Assembly: GCA_030427505.1 (NCBI GenBank)
Contig: JAUICH010000019.1
Location: forward strand, 1-64,000
DNA length: 64,000 bases
Reading direction: 5' to 3'
Source: Verrucomicrobiia bacterium
Lineage (GTDB): Bacteria; Verrucomicrobiota; Verrucomicrobiia; Verrucomicrobiales; DEV007
The notes under the pieces were generated by a model that saw nothing but the letters and a program-made list of their open reading frames with translations, made no database searches and was not told the origin of the DNA. The translations under genes and the position numbers were made by a program. Below are positions 1 to 9,417 of the stretch, piece by piece; the first letter of the stretch is position 1; every line of letters starts with the position of its first letter.

Positions 1-292
1 GAGCGAGCGGGAACAAAGCCAGGCGAAAAATGGGCCGCGTCTCCAGATATTCGCCGCTTCGCGGCGCTGGGTTCTCTTTCCTTTTCCTCATTTCCGGTCC
101 GTTCTCCAATTTGTCCACACTGCCTAAAGATCCAGCACACAGGGCCACCAGCACCATCCTTAACCACGCCGCCGCCGTGAAAGACAGTCCCACGCCGGTT
201 CCCAACGCGACGTAGGCCGCGATACAGGCGGGACACTTTGGGAGCAACACCAACACCCCGGCTGGAACGGCCCACTGAACGAAGCCCAGCAT
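1..292 (-). CDS. Possible small membrane protein (partial, runs off window start); two predicted TM helices with a CPAC motif
   Basis: Hand-translation of minus strand from ATG (revcomp at 290-292): [55 protein letters not shown]... No stop before position 1, so it is absent from the supplied ORF track. MerT-like or DUF-like small membrane protein is possible. A spurious GC-rich ORF is also possible. Confidence 0.25.
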   Translation of the reverse strand, partial: MLGFVQWAVPAGVLVLLPKCPACIAAYVALGTGVGLSFTAAAWLRMVLVALCAGSLGSVDKLENGPEMRKRKENPAPRSGEYLETRPIFRLALFPLA

Positions 293-477
293 TCGCCCGA
301 GCCAGGGATGATTCTGGCAGGGAGCAACGCGGCAACAACGAGAAGGGTGCATGGTGGTGGAAGCAATTCGTTCGGTCAGAAAGACGACGAACTAAGCCTT
401 CGGCCAAGGACAGCCCGGCCCGAAAACTTCACGGTCTGACAAGCTTCCCAAGCGAAAGGGCGGCTATTTCTTTGGGC

Positions 478-828
478 CTACTCCCGGATAATCGGCCGCA
501 CCTCCACGATCAGCCCGTGTTCCAGGCAGGGGTCGCCCTGGATGATTTCGGCGGCTTCATCCAGGCTGTCCGCCAGGACATACCAAAAGCCGCCGATGAG
601 CTCCTTTGCTTCCAGGAAAGGGCCGTCCGTCGCGGTTTTTCCCGCGGACACCACCCGCCCTTCATCTTCCAGGCGCTGGCCGCCCCGCATCTTGCCCTCG
701 GCAATCATGCGGTCGAACCATTCGTAGAAGTCCGCAAAGGCTTTCTCAATATCCTGGGGCGTCATGTCTTCATTCCACGCGCCCCGGCAGATGGCCAGGT
801 ATTCCTTCTTTTCGGCCGTGCCACTCAT
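478..828 (-). CDS. YciI-like (YCII-related/DGPF domain) protein
   Basis: 116 aa. Length and sequence pattern (…GPFLEAKELIGGFWYVLADSLDEAAEI…) match the YCII-related domain family. Confidence 0.55.
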   Translation of the reverse strand: MSGTAEKKEYLAICRGAWNEDMTPQDIEKAFADFYEWFDRMIAEGKMRGGQRLEDEGRVVSAGKTATDGPFLEAKELIGGFWYVLADSLDEAAEIIQGDPCLEHGLIVEVRPIIRE

Positions 829-840
829 GGCGGGAGAGCT

Positions 841-1308
841 TCAGGCCTTTCTTCCGAAGAGCAGATAGTCCAGCGAAAAGCGGCCCGGACCAACGGTAAG
901 AAGCACCAAAGAGAGGCAAAAGTACAAGGCCGAAAGCTCGTAGGACGGCTGTCCCATCTCCGTCGCCACAAAGGGAGCCTCCCACTCTACCGCCATCTTA
1001 TAGGTGGCCACCACCATGGTGCAGGCGATGCCCAGCGAAGCCAGTGGCGTGAGAAGTCCCAACACCCAGGCCAGGCCACCTCCAAACTCTGAAAGGGCGC
1101 CCAGAAATTGGAAAAAGCCCGGATAACCCTCCGGTCCCATCCAGGAAAACGGATGCTGAATCTTTCCCCAGCCGTGCATCATGAAGGCCACACCGGCGAC
1201 AATGCGAATCAGGAGAAGGGAAAGACTACCGAAAGTAGGTTGGGCCGGAGGCGCGAGACATGTCTTCAATTTCATGAGGGAGATAAGATTGGGAGTGATA
1301 CAATTCAA
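841..1308 (-). CDS. DoxX family membrane protein
   Basis: About 150 aa. Hydrophobic helices with the characteristic LLIRIVAGVAFMMHGWGKI and LGAL.EFGGGL motifs. Start is ambiguous (alternative ATG at 1275). Confidence 0.55.
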   Translation of the reverse strand: MNCITPNLISLMKLKTCLAPPAQPTFGSLSLLLIRIVAGVAFMMHGWGKIQHPFSWMGPEGYPGFFQFLGALSEFGGGLAWVLGLLTPLASLGIACTMVVATYKMAVEWEAPFVATEMGQPSYELSALYFCLSLVLLTVGPGRFSLDYLLFGRKA

Positions 1309-1424
1309 ACGCTGGAAGACTTTCGCCCCGGTCTCAGGGCTTCTTCAGCATCAACGATATAGGTTCATGGAAAATTAGGGGAACCAGCCTCGTCAGTCGA
1401 GCAGGTTCTGGACTTTGACCCTTC

Positions 1425-1985
1425 TCAGGTTTGAGATTTGGGAAAACCGTTCGCGGAAACTGATTCCGCGCGAGCCTTCAACTGGGCCAGGCCCGTTTCA
1501 AACTGACTCCCACACATTTTGTCCATGTCCATGAACAGACACATGGCCTTGCCCACGAAATTGTTCTCGCCCCGCATGTTCCAGGTGACCTCCGTTTGTT
1601 CGTTTACCGGCAGAAATGTGAACTCCACTTGAGAGACACCGGCCATGGGCTTGAAAAACTCAAGCCGCATCCGGATGAGTTCATTGGGACGGCTTTCCTC
1701 GATGGTCATTCTTCCCTCGCCAACCTGGCTGTTTCCCACCCAGGCATAAACGGCTCCCTCTCCCGCGGGCGGTCCTTCAAAAGTGCGCTGCATTTCAGAA
1801 TCCAGGTTTTCCCAGGGCGACCAGGATTCCCATTCCCGCAGGTGGTTCACCAGCGGAAACACCACGGATGGCGAAACGGCCATGGCCGTGGAGCGCGTCA
1901 CCTGGAATTCGGAAGGCCGGGTGGCGACAAAGATCGCGAAGAGCCCCACGAGAGCGGCAACGATCAAGAGAATTTTAACTAACAT
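1425..1985 (-). CDS. SRPBCC family (polyketide cyclase/AHSA1-like) protein with N-terminal TM anchor
   Basis: Internal ATG chosen at the hydrophobic N-terminus MLVKILLIVAALVG. The remainder has the SRPBCC-like pattern (…ESRPNELIRMRLEF…VEFTF…). The track ORF extends upstream to 2201 but that overlaps the neighbouring gene region. Confidence 0.5.
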   Translation of the reverse strand: MLVKILLIVAALVGLFAIFVATRPSEFQVTRSTAMAVSPSVVFPLVNHLREWESWSPWENLDSEMQRTFEGPPAGEGAVYAWVGNSQVGEGRMTIEESRPNELIRMRLEFFKPMAGVSQVEFTFLPVNEQTEVTWNMRGENNFVGKAMCLFMDMDKMCGSQFETGLAQLKARAESVSANGFPKSQT

Positions 1986-2040
1986 AGCAGGACTAAAATT
2001 GAAGTCTTTGCTCAATACGAAAATACCACGCTCACCCGCC

Positions 2041-2490
2041 TCATCGCTCGAGATCCAGCAGGGCCTTGCCCCCTTCCATGTCAAAGGGAGCGGAAAAGTG
2101 TTCGTGTGCGATGAGCCAGCGTCCGCCCGTCTTGCGATAGCAGGCCGTTCCGCGCAACCAACTGGCTTTTTCTTCGCCCGTCTCCGTATCGATCCCTCCA
2201 CAGCGGGTCAGGAAGAACGCAAACGCCACCTCTTCCCCCGCGGTCACGTTCAGGTCGTGAACCTCAAAAATCATCGGCCCCGGGCACAGGGTCATGCAGT
2301 CTTCCCATTGCTTGCGGTAGGCTTCTTTCCCTTGAAATCGAAGCTCAGAAGCCGCGTCAAACGCTACCACGTCCGGCAGGTAGTGGGACATGATGGCGTC
2401 GAAATCGACGGCTTGGACGGCCGCCAGCCAACTGCTGACGGTATCGCGCACTTCGGCCTCGGAAACCGAGAAGGTCACTTGGTCATTCAT
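2041..2490 (-). CDS. Nuclear transport factor 2-like (SnoaL/DUF4440-like) protein
   Basis: 149 aa. Sequence VSSWLAAVQAVDFDAIMSHYLPDVVAFDA…GGRWLIAHEHFS is typical of NTF2-like/ketosteroid isomerase-like folds. Confidence 0.5.
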   Translation of the reverse strand: MNDQVTFSVSEAEVRDTVSSWLAAVQAVDFDAIMSHYLPDVVAFDAASELRFQGKEAYRKQWEDCMTLCPGPMIFEVHDLNVTAGEEVAFAFFLTRCGGIDTETGEEKASWLRGTACYRKTGGRWLIAHEHFSAPFDMEGGKALLDLER

Positions 2491-2563
2491 ATGTCGTTAG
2501 TCAAGTAGTGGATTGTTAGGACAGGCGGCCCGATGGCTCCTTCGTTCCTGGTGCGAGGGTCTC

Positions 2564-3334
2564 TCAGTGGCAGGATTTCTTCTCCCCACAGCCACAGCCT
2601 TCGTACTTATCATGGTGGCGCACCCAGCTCATGGGGCCGTCTTCGTTGCGGCCTTTGGGAGTAAAATCCAGAAACATGTAGGCGCCCAGCAGCGGCTCCA
2701 GGCCACGGGTATAGGCGGAGTAGGTGTGATAAATCGCGCCATCCTCCCCCAGGCAAAAGACGCTGAGCCCGGGCTGCTCCTGCATCTGAAAGTCATCCAT
2801 TTCTTCAAAGTTGTAGAACATCTTTCCCGCGGCCATTTCCTCATCGGTGGCGGACGCTTGGAAGTCGTAGTTGAAGTCGCTTTCGTGAGACGACACCCAG
2901 GTAAAGTTCCACCCCATGCGTTTCTTAAAGGGCAGGATCTCAGCCAGAGGGGCCCGCGAAACGCAGACGAGATTCACGTCGTGATGGCGAAGATGCTGAA
3001 GCGGGCCTTCCATGTGATCGGCCACAAACGAACATCCGTTACAGCCCTCTTCCCAACCCGGACCCAGCATGAAGTGATAGACGATCAGTTGGCTGCGTCC
3101 GTCGAAGAGATCGCGCAGGGGCACTTTTCCCTCCGGCCCTTCAAAGACGTAGTCTTTTTCCAGCCGCACCCACGGGAGTTTCAGGCGCTCAGCCCTGAGC
3201 CGGTCGTATTCCCGGGTCAGAGCCTTCTCTTTTTTCAGCAGTTCCTGGCGGGCGGCCAGCCATTCGTCCCGGCTGGCGACAGCGTGTTCCGGAGTGTCTC
3301 CGGCCTTGGCGGGGGTTTGGGTGTCCGTGCTCAT
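2564..3334 (-). CDS. DUF899 thioredoxin-like family protein
   Basis: CNGC (CxxC) motif and the conserved DUF899 signature (…LIVYHFMLGPGWEEGCNGCSF…VCVSRAPL). Start set at internal ATG (MSTDTQ); the track ORF begins 13 codons earlier. Confidence 0.55.
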   Translation of the reverse strand: MSTDTQTPAKAGDTPEHAVASRDEWLAARQELLKKEKALTREYDRLRAERLKLPWVRLEKDYVFEGPEGKVPLRDLFDGRSQLIVYHFMLGPGWEEGCNGCSFVADHMEGPLQHLRHHDVNLVCVSRAPLAEILPFKKRMGWNFTWVSSHESDFNYDFQASATDEEMAAGKMFYNFEEMDDFQMQEQPGLSVFCLGEDGAIYHTYSAYTRGLEPLLGAYMFLDFTPKGRNEDGPMSWVRHHDKYEGCGCGEKKSCH

Positions 3335-3482
3335 GACGTGTTCGTTCGCTTGGTTGATTTGAAATTCCACCAATGTAACGAACAGCCCGCCATCTTGAGG
3401 ACAGTACCATGAAAAAAAAATCCAAGGGAATTCCGGCCCCCACTCCCCCAGTCTCGTCTGGCCTGAATTCTAACCGGACCGG

Positions 3483-5636
3483 TTAAACTTCTTCGCGAGC
3501 AATGCTTTCGCAGCTTTTGATATCCAACTTCCCAGACGCCAAAGTGGGGATTTCCTCCACCTCGACGACTTTCTTGGGCACCCAGAGATTGGAAACTCCA
3601 TTCTGCAGGAGGCGGTAGCGCAGTTCCGTCAGATCCACTCCGACGGAGGAGATCAAGATCAGGGCCTCGCCCTTCGATTCATCGGGCACGCCCACGACGG
3701 CCAGTTTCCGCTCGGACTCGCTGTCCAGCCCCAGGACCTTACCAATTTCGTCTTCCACGGTTTCGTGGGGCACCATTTCACCGCCGATCTTCGAGAACCG
3801 GGAGAGGCGCCCTTCGATATATAAGAAGCCATCTTCATCCATGCGGCCGATATCGCCCGTGCGGAACCAGCCGTCCTTGATGACCTCGTCAGTCTTGGCT
3901 GGCTGATTGAGATACCCGCCGAAAATATTAGGCCCGCGCAGCCAGATCATGCCGCTTTCGTGAAGAGACATGGGCCGGTCCGTGTTCGGATCCGTGATTC
4001 GCACGGCCACGCCGGGAATGGGCTGACCCACCGAGCCGAGCCGGCGGTTCGGCAGCACGGGCAAGCCATCTTCGCGGTCCGGAACCGGGTCCGGCAGGTT
4101 TACGTTGGAAACCGGAGAGGTCTCCGTCAGGCCATAGCCTTCCAAGACGGGTTTCCCAAGTTTCTTTTCGAAGGTTTCCGCAATCTTCAACGGCAATTTC
4201 TCCGCCCCAGTCACCACCAGCTTGGCGGACTCGAACTGTTTCGGAGTGGCCTTGCGGAGGTAACCGCGCAGGAAAGTGGGCGTGGCCAGAATGAGGTTGG
4301 CGTGGTGCTTGTAAATCAACTCGGCCAGGGTGTTGGCGTCCAGGGGATTCGGGTAGGTCACCATGGTGACGCCCTCGATCATGGGATACCACAGCGTGAC
4401 GGTACAGCCGAAGCTGTGAAACAGCGGCAGGCAAGCCAGCACCCGGTCGGTGGAACTCAAATCAATCCGGGCGCCAAACTGGTTCACGTTGGCCAGGAGG
4501 TTCTGGTGGGTCAGCACGACCCCCTTCGGATCGCCCGCGCTGCCGCTGGTAAAGAGCAGCACGGCCTCCTTGTCCCCCCCCTTGGTGGGAACGCCCAGGA
4601 GCATGGCCAAGAGACGCGCGGGGAGGAGCTTGCTCAGAACGAACCACCGGGTGGCCCGTTTCTTCAGCGTAGGCAAGGTGCGCTCGATATAGATGAGCTG
4701 TTTGTTCGGAGGCCAGTTAAAGCGGGTCATCTTCCGCACAAACGGATCGGCGGTGATGAAGCGATCCAGGCCGGCCTGCGCGATGCTGGAGGTCACCGCC
4801 TTGTCCCCAGCGGTGAAGTTCAGGTTTACGGGAATCTTTCCGGCCAGCAGGACCGCCAGGTTGGCCACCACGCCGGCCCGGCCGGGCGGCAGCACAATGC
4901 CCACGCGTGGCTGGTCCGTGGCTTTCTTGATATATTCGCTGAACGCAATGGCTCCCGCCAGCAGCCGGTCGAAACGCACCTCTTCACCGTCATTGCCATC
5001 AATAACCTTGGTCGCCCCACCGTGTTTCTTCAGCCCCTTGAGCAAAGCATAGGGCAGGCTCATTTTCAGGATGGGGCGGCGGCTGAAGACTTCTTCCCCC
5101 ACTGCCAGAAGACTCTCCCGGTAGTTTGCCAGGTTCGCGGCTTCCCGCTCCAGCGGCTTACCGAAAGCAAACACCATGCACTCGGTGTGCGACCGGCTCT
5201 CTATGGAAAGCCGGGTCTCTTCCGGATGATCCACAAACAGAGGCGTCACTGGAGCCCCTCCACTCAATAGAAACTTCAAAACGGCGGAGGGAACTCTGGT
5301 CAATTGGCCCGCGCAAACGTGCGCGTGGCTGGGGACGAAGACAATCGCTTCCCCCTTGGAGACACGTTCCGTCAGCTCTTTCCGGAAGGGTTCCTGATGG
5401 TCCTCACCGCGTTCGAACTCGAATGCCGAGACCTCTTCCCGGTTCAGGTGCGCCTGCAGGAGCGGGTCGTATTCTCCATGCCGGTCGATCAAAAAGGTGA
5501 TTTTCCGCTCATCTAAGCACTGCTCCAAATGAAGCAGATCCTGAAAGGACAACTGGTTCGGAATCACAAACACCCCGTCCTTGGGAAGTTGCTCGATTCC
5601 AATGACTTCAGTCTTACTGGAGGGTGCGTTTGCCAT
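3483..5636 (-). CDS. Fusion protein: N-terminal acyltransferase-like domain plus C-terminal AMP-binding (acyl-CoA/acyl-ACP synthetase-like) adenylation domain (Aas-like architecture)
   Basis: 717 aa. Adenylation motifs TSGSAGDPKGVVLTH and YGLTETSP…GWFRTGDIG…LSRFSKIGGEMV are present. The N-terminal roughly 230 aa are reminiscent of PlsC-type acyltransferase but have no clean HX4D motif. Confidence 0.7.
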   Translation of the reverse strand: MANAPSSKTEVIGIEQLPKDGVFVIPNQLSFQDLLHLEQCLDERKITFLIDRHGEYDPLLQAHLNREEVSAFEFERGEDHQEPFRKELTERVSKGEAIVFVPSHAHVCAGQLTRVPSAVLKFLLSGGAPVTPLFVDHPEETRLSIESRSHTECMVFAFGKPLEREAANLANYRESLLAVGEEVFSRRPILKMSLPYALLKGLKKHGGATKVIDGNDGEEVRFDRLLAGAIAFSEYIKKATDQPRVGIVLPPGRAGVVANLAVLLAGKIPVNLNFTAGDKAVTSSIAQAGLDRFITADPFVRKMTRFNWPPNKQLIYIERTLPTLKKRATRWFVLSKLLPARLLAMLLGVPTKGGDKEAVLLFTSGSAGDPKGVVLTHQNLLANVNQFGARIDLSSTDRVLACLPLFHSFGCTVTLWYPMIEGVTMVTYPNPLDANTLAELIYKHHANLILATPTFLRGYLRKATPKQFESAKLVVTGAEKLPLKIAETFEKKLGKPVLEGYGLTETSPVSNVNLPDPVPDREDGLPVLPNRRLGSVGQPIPGVAVRITDPNTDRPMSLHESGMIWLRGPNIFGGYLNQPAKTDEVIKDGWFRTGDIGRMDEDGFLYIEGRLSRFSKIGGEMVPHETVEDEIGKVLGLDSESERKLAVVGVPDESKGEALILISSVGVDLTELRYRLLQNGVSNLWVPKKVVEVEEIPTLASGKLDIKSCESIAREEV

Positions 5637-5799
5637 GGTGGCTTGAATATGTCCCTTGCTGGGCTTGGATTCAGCGCTGAACTGTCTGGCGGAGATTTGT
5701 TCTTCCCTTGGAAGAACGGTTTCTGTTTAGTGGTTGCTTTCTCTTTAGCCCGCCTAGTTTACGGGCGTCAAATTTACCCATACAACATCTTAATTCCTT

Positions 5800-6084
5800 A
5801 TGGCCGAAAAAAACTCCGGCGACAAGCAAGCGGCATTGGCTGAAAAGCATCGCGTTTATTGGAAGAAGAACCTGACCTGCGTCTCCGTTCTTTTGATCAT
5901 CTGGTTCGTGGTCTCCTACGGGTTCGGGATTCTCTTCGTCGACCAGCTCAACAAGATCCAGTTTGGAGGGTTCAAGCTGGGCTTCTGGTTCGCTCAGCAG
6001 GGTAGCATTTACGTTTTTGTGGTCCTCATCGCCGTTTATGTCGGCTTGATGAACAAGTTCGACCGGGAAGTCGAACAGCGGTAG
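5800..6084 (+). CDS. DUF4212 small membrane protein (putative small subunit of sodium:solute symporter)
   Basis: 94 aa with two TM helices. Motif KLGFWFAQQGSIYVFVVLIAVYV is typical of DUF4212 proteins encoded immediately upstream of ActP-like SSS transporters. Confidence 0.65.
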   Translation: MAEKNSGDKQAALAEKHRVYWKKNLTCVSVLLIIWFVVSYGFGILFVDQLNKIQFGGFKLGFWFAQQGSIYVFVVLIAVYVGLMNKFDREVEQR

Positions 6085-6134
6085 CAGCCAAGCCGTCTCG
6101 CGTATCCGCACAACTCTCTACCCTCCTTAATTTC

Positions 6135-7952
6135 ATGGACCCTATTCAACTCTGGACCCTCGGCATCGTTGTCGCCACGTTCATTCTTTACATCGCCATC
6201 GCCATTTGGTCGCGGGCTTCTTCCACCAGCGAATTCTTCGTGGCCGGCAAGGGCGTTCCCTCTCTGGCTAATGGAATGGCTACGGCGGCGGACTGGATGT
6301 CGGCCGCTTCTTTCATCTCCATGGCGGGCATTATTTCCTTCGATGGATTCGATGGCTCACGCTACCTCATGGGCTGGACGGGCGGCTATGTGCTGCTGGC
6401 TCTCCTCTTGGCGCCCTACCTGCGAAAGTTCGGGAAGTTCACCGTGCCGGACTTTGTGGGGGACCGCTACTACTCCAGCACCGCCCGCGTGGTGGCCGTC
6501 ATCTGCGCCATCTTCGTTTCCTTTACTTATGTCTGCGGTCAGATGCAGGGCGTGGGCATCGTCTTTTCCCGCTTCCTGGAGGTGGACGTGGACCTCGGCG
6601 TCGGCATCGGCATGCTGATCGTCTTTTTCTACGCCGTGCTCGGCGGGATGAAGGGCATCACCTACACCCAGGTGGCTCAGTACTGCGTGCTGATCTTCGC
6701 CTTCATGGTGCCGGCGATTTTCATCTCCATCCAAATGACCGGCAGCCCGATTCCGCAGGTCGGCTTTGGCGGGGAGTTCAAGGACACGGGCATGTCCGTG
6801 CTGGAACGGTTGGACGGCCTGAACCAGGAACTCGGCTTCAGCGCCTACACGACGGGTAAGTTTTCCACCATCAACCTCTTCTGCATCACGGCGGCCCTCA
6901 TGCTGGGTACCGCCGGGCTGCCCCACGTCATCGTCCGCTTTTACACGGTGCGCCGGGTGAGCAATGCGCGGACCTCCGCGTTCTGGGCGCTTTTCTTCAT
7001 CGCCATCCTTTACACCACCGCTCCGGCCGTGGCCGCCTTTGCCCGGACGAACCTGATCGAGTCCGTCAACGAGGTGGAATACACCAGCGTTCCTCAGTGG
7101 TTCAAAAACTGGGAAAAAACCAAGCTGGTCGCCTGGGTGGACAAGAACGGAGACGGCAAGATCCAATACCGCAGCGGCGCTCCCTTTGAAGGGAAAGAGC
7201 CTGTTCTCCAAATGGAGGGGGACAATCCGGTCTTGGGTGAATCCGGCCAGGTGCTGGTCACCAATGCGCTGACGGACAACGAAAACGAACTCTTCGTGAA
7301 CCGGGACATCATGGTGCTGGCCAACCCGGAGATCGCCGGGCTGCCGGACTGGGTTATCGGTTTGGTGGCGGCGGGCGGACTGGCGGCGGCGCTTTCCACC
7401 GCGGCGGGTCTGCTACTGGTCATTTCCACCGCCTTTGCCCATGACCTAGTGAAGAAGACCTTCAAACCGGACCTAAGCGAAAAACACGAACTCGCCCTGG
7501 CCCGTATCGGCGCGGGGGTCGCCGTGGTGGTGGCCGGTTACTTCGGGATGAACCCACCCGGCTTCGTGGCCCAGGTGGTCGCCTTTGCCTTCGGTCTGGC
7601 GGCATCCACCTTCTTCCCCATCATCATCATGGGGATTTTCTCCAAGCGCATGAACAAGCATGGGGCCATCTGGGGCATGATCGCCGGCCTGCTGTTCACG
7701 GGCATTTACATCATCCACTTCCGCATCGGCTTTAAGTGGTTCGGCATGGAAGCGGGCGCGGAAGAGAACTGGCTCTTCGGCATTTCGCCTGAAGGCATCG
7801 GCACGATTGGCATGCTGCTGAACTTTGCCGTGGCTCTGGTGATTTCCGCCCTGACCCCGGCCCCGCCGCGGGAAGTGCAGGAACTGGTGGAACGCATCCG
7901 CCTGCCGGAAGAACCGGAAGAAGCAGCCGAGGCTTTCGACGCTTCCGTCTAA
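6135..7952 (+). CDS. Sodium:solute symporter family transporter (cation/acetate symporter ActP-like)
   Basis: 605 aa, about 13 TM helices. SSS-family signature regions are present, and the gene is paired with an upstream DUF4212 gene as in VC_2705-type loci. Confidence 0.8.
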   Translation: MDPIQLWTLGIVVATFILYIAIAIWSRASSTSEFFVAGKGVPSLANGMATAADWMSAASFISMAGIISFDGFDGSRYLMGWTGGYVLLALLLAPYLRKFGKFTVPDFVGDRYYSSTARVVAVICAIFVSFTYVCGQMQGVGIVFSRFLEVDVDLGVGIGMLIVFFYAVLGGMKGITYTQVAQYCVLIFAFMVPAIFISIQMTGSPIPQVGFGGEFKDTGMSVLERLDGLNQELGFSAYTTGKFSTINLFCITAALMLGTAGLPHVIVRFYTVRRVSNARTSAFWALFFIAILYTTAPAVAAFARTNLIESVNEVEYTSVPQWFKNWEKTKLVAWVDKNGDGKIQYRSGAPFEGKEPVLQMEGDNPVLGESGQVLVTNALTDNENELFVNRDIMVLANPEIAGLPDWVIGLVAAGGLAAALSTAAGLLLVISTAFAHDLVKKTFKPDLSEKHELALARIGAGVAVVVAGYFGMNPPGFVAQVVAFAFGLAASTFFPIIIMGIFSKRMNKHGAIWGMIAGLLFTGIYIIHFRIGFKWFGMEAGAEENWLFGISPEGIGTIGMLLNFAVALVISALTPAPPREVQELVERIRLPEEPEEAAEAFDASV

Positions 7953-7974
7953 AGGAAAAAGAAAGATTGCGCGC

Positions 7975-8013
7975 TAAAACGGGGCGGCGGACCGGCAACG
8001 GGACGCCGCCCTT
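7975..8013. terminator. Bidirectional Rho-independent terminator between convergent genes
   Basis: GC stem GGGGCGGCG…CGCCGCCC followed by TTTTTTCG on the plus strand and an A-run (T-run on the minus strand) on the other side. It sits between the symporter (+) and the HTH gene (-). Confidence 0.5.
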
Positions 8014-8019
8014 TTTTCG

Positions 8020-8508
8020 TTATTTGGCCGCTTTCCCCGCTTCCTGTAGTTCCTTCTGAATCTGCTGGAAGTCCCCTTCCTCGCAGCAACGCACAAAGCC
8101 CTCAGTGTAGGACTTCAGCTTGTCCCAGGTGCGCCGGATCATCTTGGATTCTTCCGCCGTGATGGTGTTGTCCAGGGCGGCTTGGGAAATGATGGAGAGC
8201 AGAGCGGCAAACTGCTGGACGATCTCATGGGTGGCGGGCACCACTTCGTAGCCTTTTTCGCAACTGCTGTGAGGATTCCTGACAAAATACCCATTGGCCC
8301 GTTCGCACAGCCACTCGATGAGCTTGGCGTCGTCCGTGATTTCCAGGAGCCGCGCCACCCGGTCCAGGGGATTGCGACTACCGGAACCGGTCTCCGTATT
8401 GGGCTGCGCCCACTTGTAAACCAGCGAAAGCGAGATACCCAGTTCGGAGGCTATTTCCTTCGGGCTGGTCTTTTCAAAGGTCTTCTTGATGACCTCGTGC
8501 GAATCCAT
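8020..8508 (-). CDS. Hypothetical protein with predicted helix-turn-helix (possible transcriptional regulator)
   Basis: Segment SPKEIASELGISLSLVYKWAQP looks like an HTH. It lies divergently upstream of the NfeD-flotillin operon. Start at internal ATG (MDSHEV). Confidence 0.3.
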   Translation of the reverse strand: MDSHEVIKKTFEKTSPKEIASELGISLSLVYKWAQPNTETGSGSRNPLDRVARLLEITDDAKLIEWLCERANGYFVRNPHSSCEKGYEVVPATHEIVQQFAALLSIISQAALDNTITAEESKMIRRTWDKLKSYTEGFVRCCEEGDFQQIQKELQEAGKAAK

Positions 8509-8721
8509 GCTTCGGAGTTTCGCTGATGCCGCCCCCCTTGACAAGCGCGCAGGCAGGCAGGTTACAAACCCCTTGCCCCTTTGTAATGGTTCAGTTAGTC
8601 CAATCAGCTATCATCGCCGACAATTAGAGAGCGCAAGGGCTCCGCCCGGCCAGCCAGGCTGGAACAGAAACCTCCCGGCTCTCTCCGCGGCCCCGAACCG
8701 CCTGAAAGGAGAACCACCGCC

Positions 8722-9393
8722 ATGGAATTTTTTGCCGAAGCCTTCAACGCCCTGAACCTCCCCGTCACGATCCTCCTGGGGCTGGTCATGCTCTACTGGG
8801 TGATCTCTCTCCTGGGGGTCATCGACTTTGAGTTCCTGGATGGACTGGCCGATCTGGACCCGGACGTGGAGGTAGACGCGGATACCGAACTGGAGACCGA
8901 TTCCGCCCGGACCTCCGGCGGCGGTATCCTTCACTCGGTGCTGAATTTCCTAAACGCCACGGATGTGCCGCTGCTGTTCGTCATTTCTCTCATCGTGCTG
9001 TGCCTCTGGGTCCTGAACCTGGTGGGCAACCACTACTTGAACCCTGAAAGTGACGCCTTGATTGCCTCCGGCGTCACCGTCGGCTCCCTCATCGGCGCGG
9101 TGTTCCTGACAAAGTTTCTCACCCGCCCGCTAACCCCGCTGATGCGGTCTTTCAAGATCAGCGAGGAACACCAGGAGCCCATCGTCGGCCGGGAAGGCGT
9201 GGTCCGTTCTTCGGAGGTCTCCCAGACCTACGGTCAAGTGGAGGTGGCCTCGAAAGGCGCTCCCCTGCTCCTGCACGCCCGGGTCGGCGAAGGCCGCGCC
9301 CCCATCCCCAAGGGAGAAAAAATCATCGTCATCGCCAAACAGGAAAACGGCGGCGCCTACCTGGTCCGCTCCCTGGAGGAGAAGACATCCTAA
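8722..9393 (+). CDS. yqiJ: NfeD-like / YqiJ-family (DUF1449) membrane protein with C-terminal OB-fold, flotillin partner
   Basis: 223 aa. N-terminal TM helices, acidic loop and a C-terminal beta-rich domain, the same architecture as E. coli YqiJ. AGGAG RBS 8 nt upstream. Immediately followed by a flotillin gene. Confidence 0.6.
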   Translation: MEFFAEAFNALNLPVTILLGLVMLYWVISLLGVIDFEFLDGLADLDPDVEVDADTELETDSARTSGGGILHSVLNFLNATDVPLLFVISLIVLCLWVLNLVGNHYLNPESDALIASGVTVGSLIGAVFLTKFLTRPLTPLMRSFKISEEHQEPIVGREGVVRSSEVSQTYGQVEVASKGAPLLLHARVGEGRAPIPKGEKIIVIAKQENGGAYLVRSLEEKTS

Positions 9394-9417
9394 CCAAACA
9401 ACCCTAGAACAAAAAAT

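Noticed and set aside
238-1092. 284-aa plus-strand ORF spanning the YciI-like and DoxX genes
   Set aside because: It is antisense to two well-supported minus-strand genes, and the translation is Arg/Gly-rich without domains.
3960-5270. 436-aa plus-strand ORF antisense to the AMP-binding gene
   Set aside because: The opposite strand encodes a protein with canonical adenylation motifs. This frame gives a Gly/Arg/His-rich, low-complexity product.
6357-7211. 284-aa minus-strand ORF inside the symporter gene
   Set aside because: It is antisense to a 13-TM SSS transporter with clear family signatures. The product is composition-biased (Asp/Gly/His-rich).
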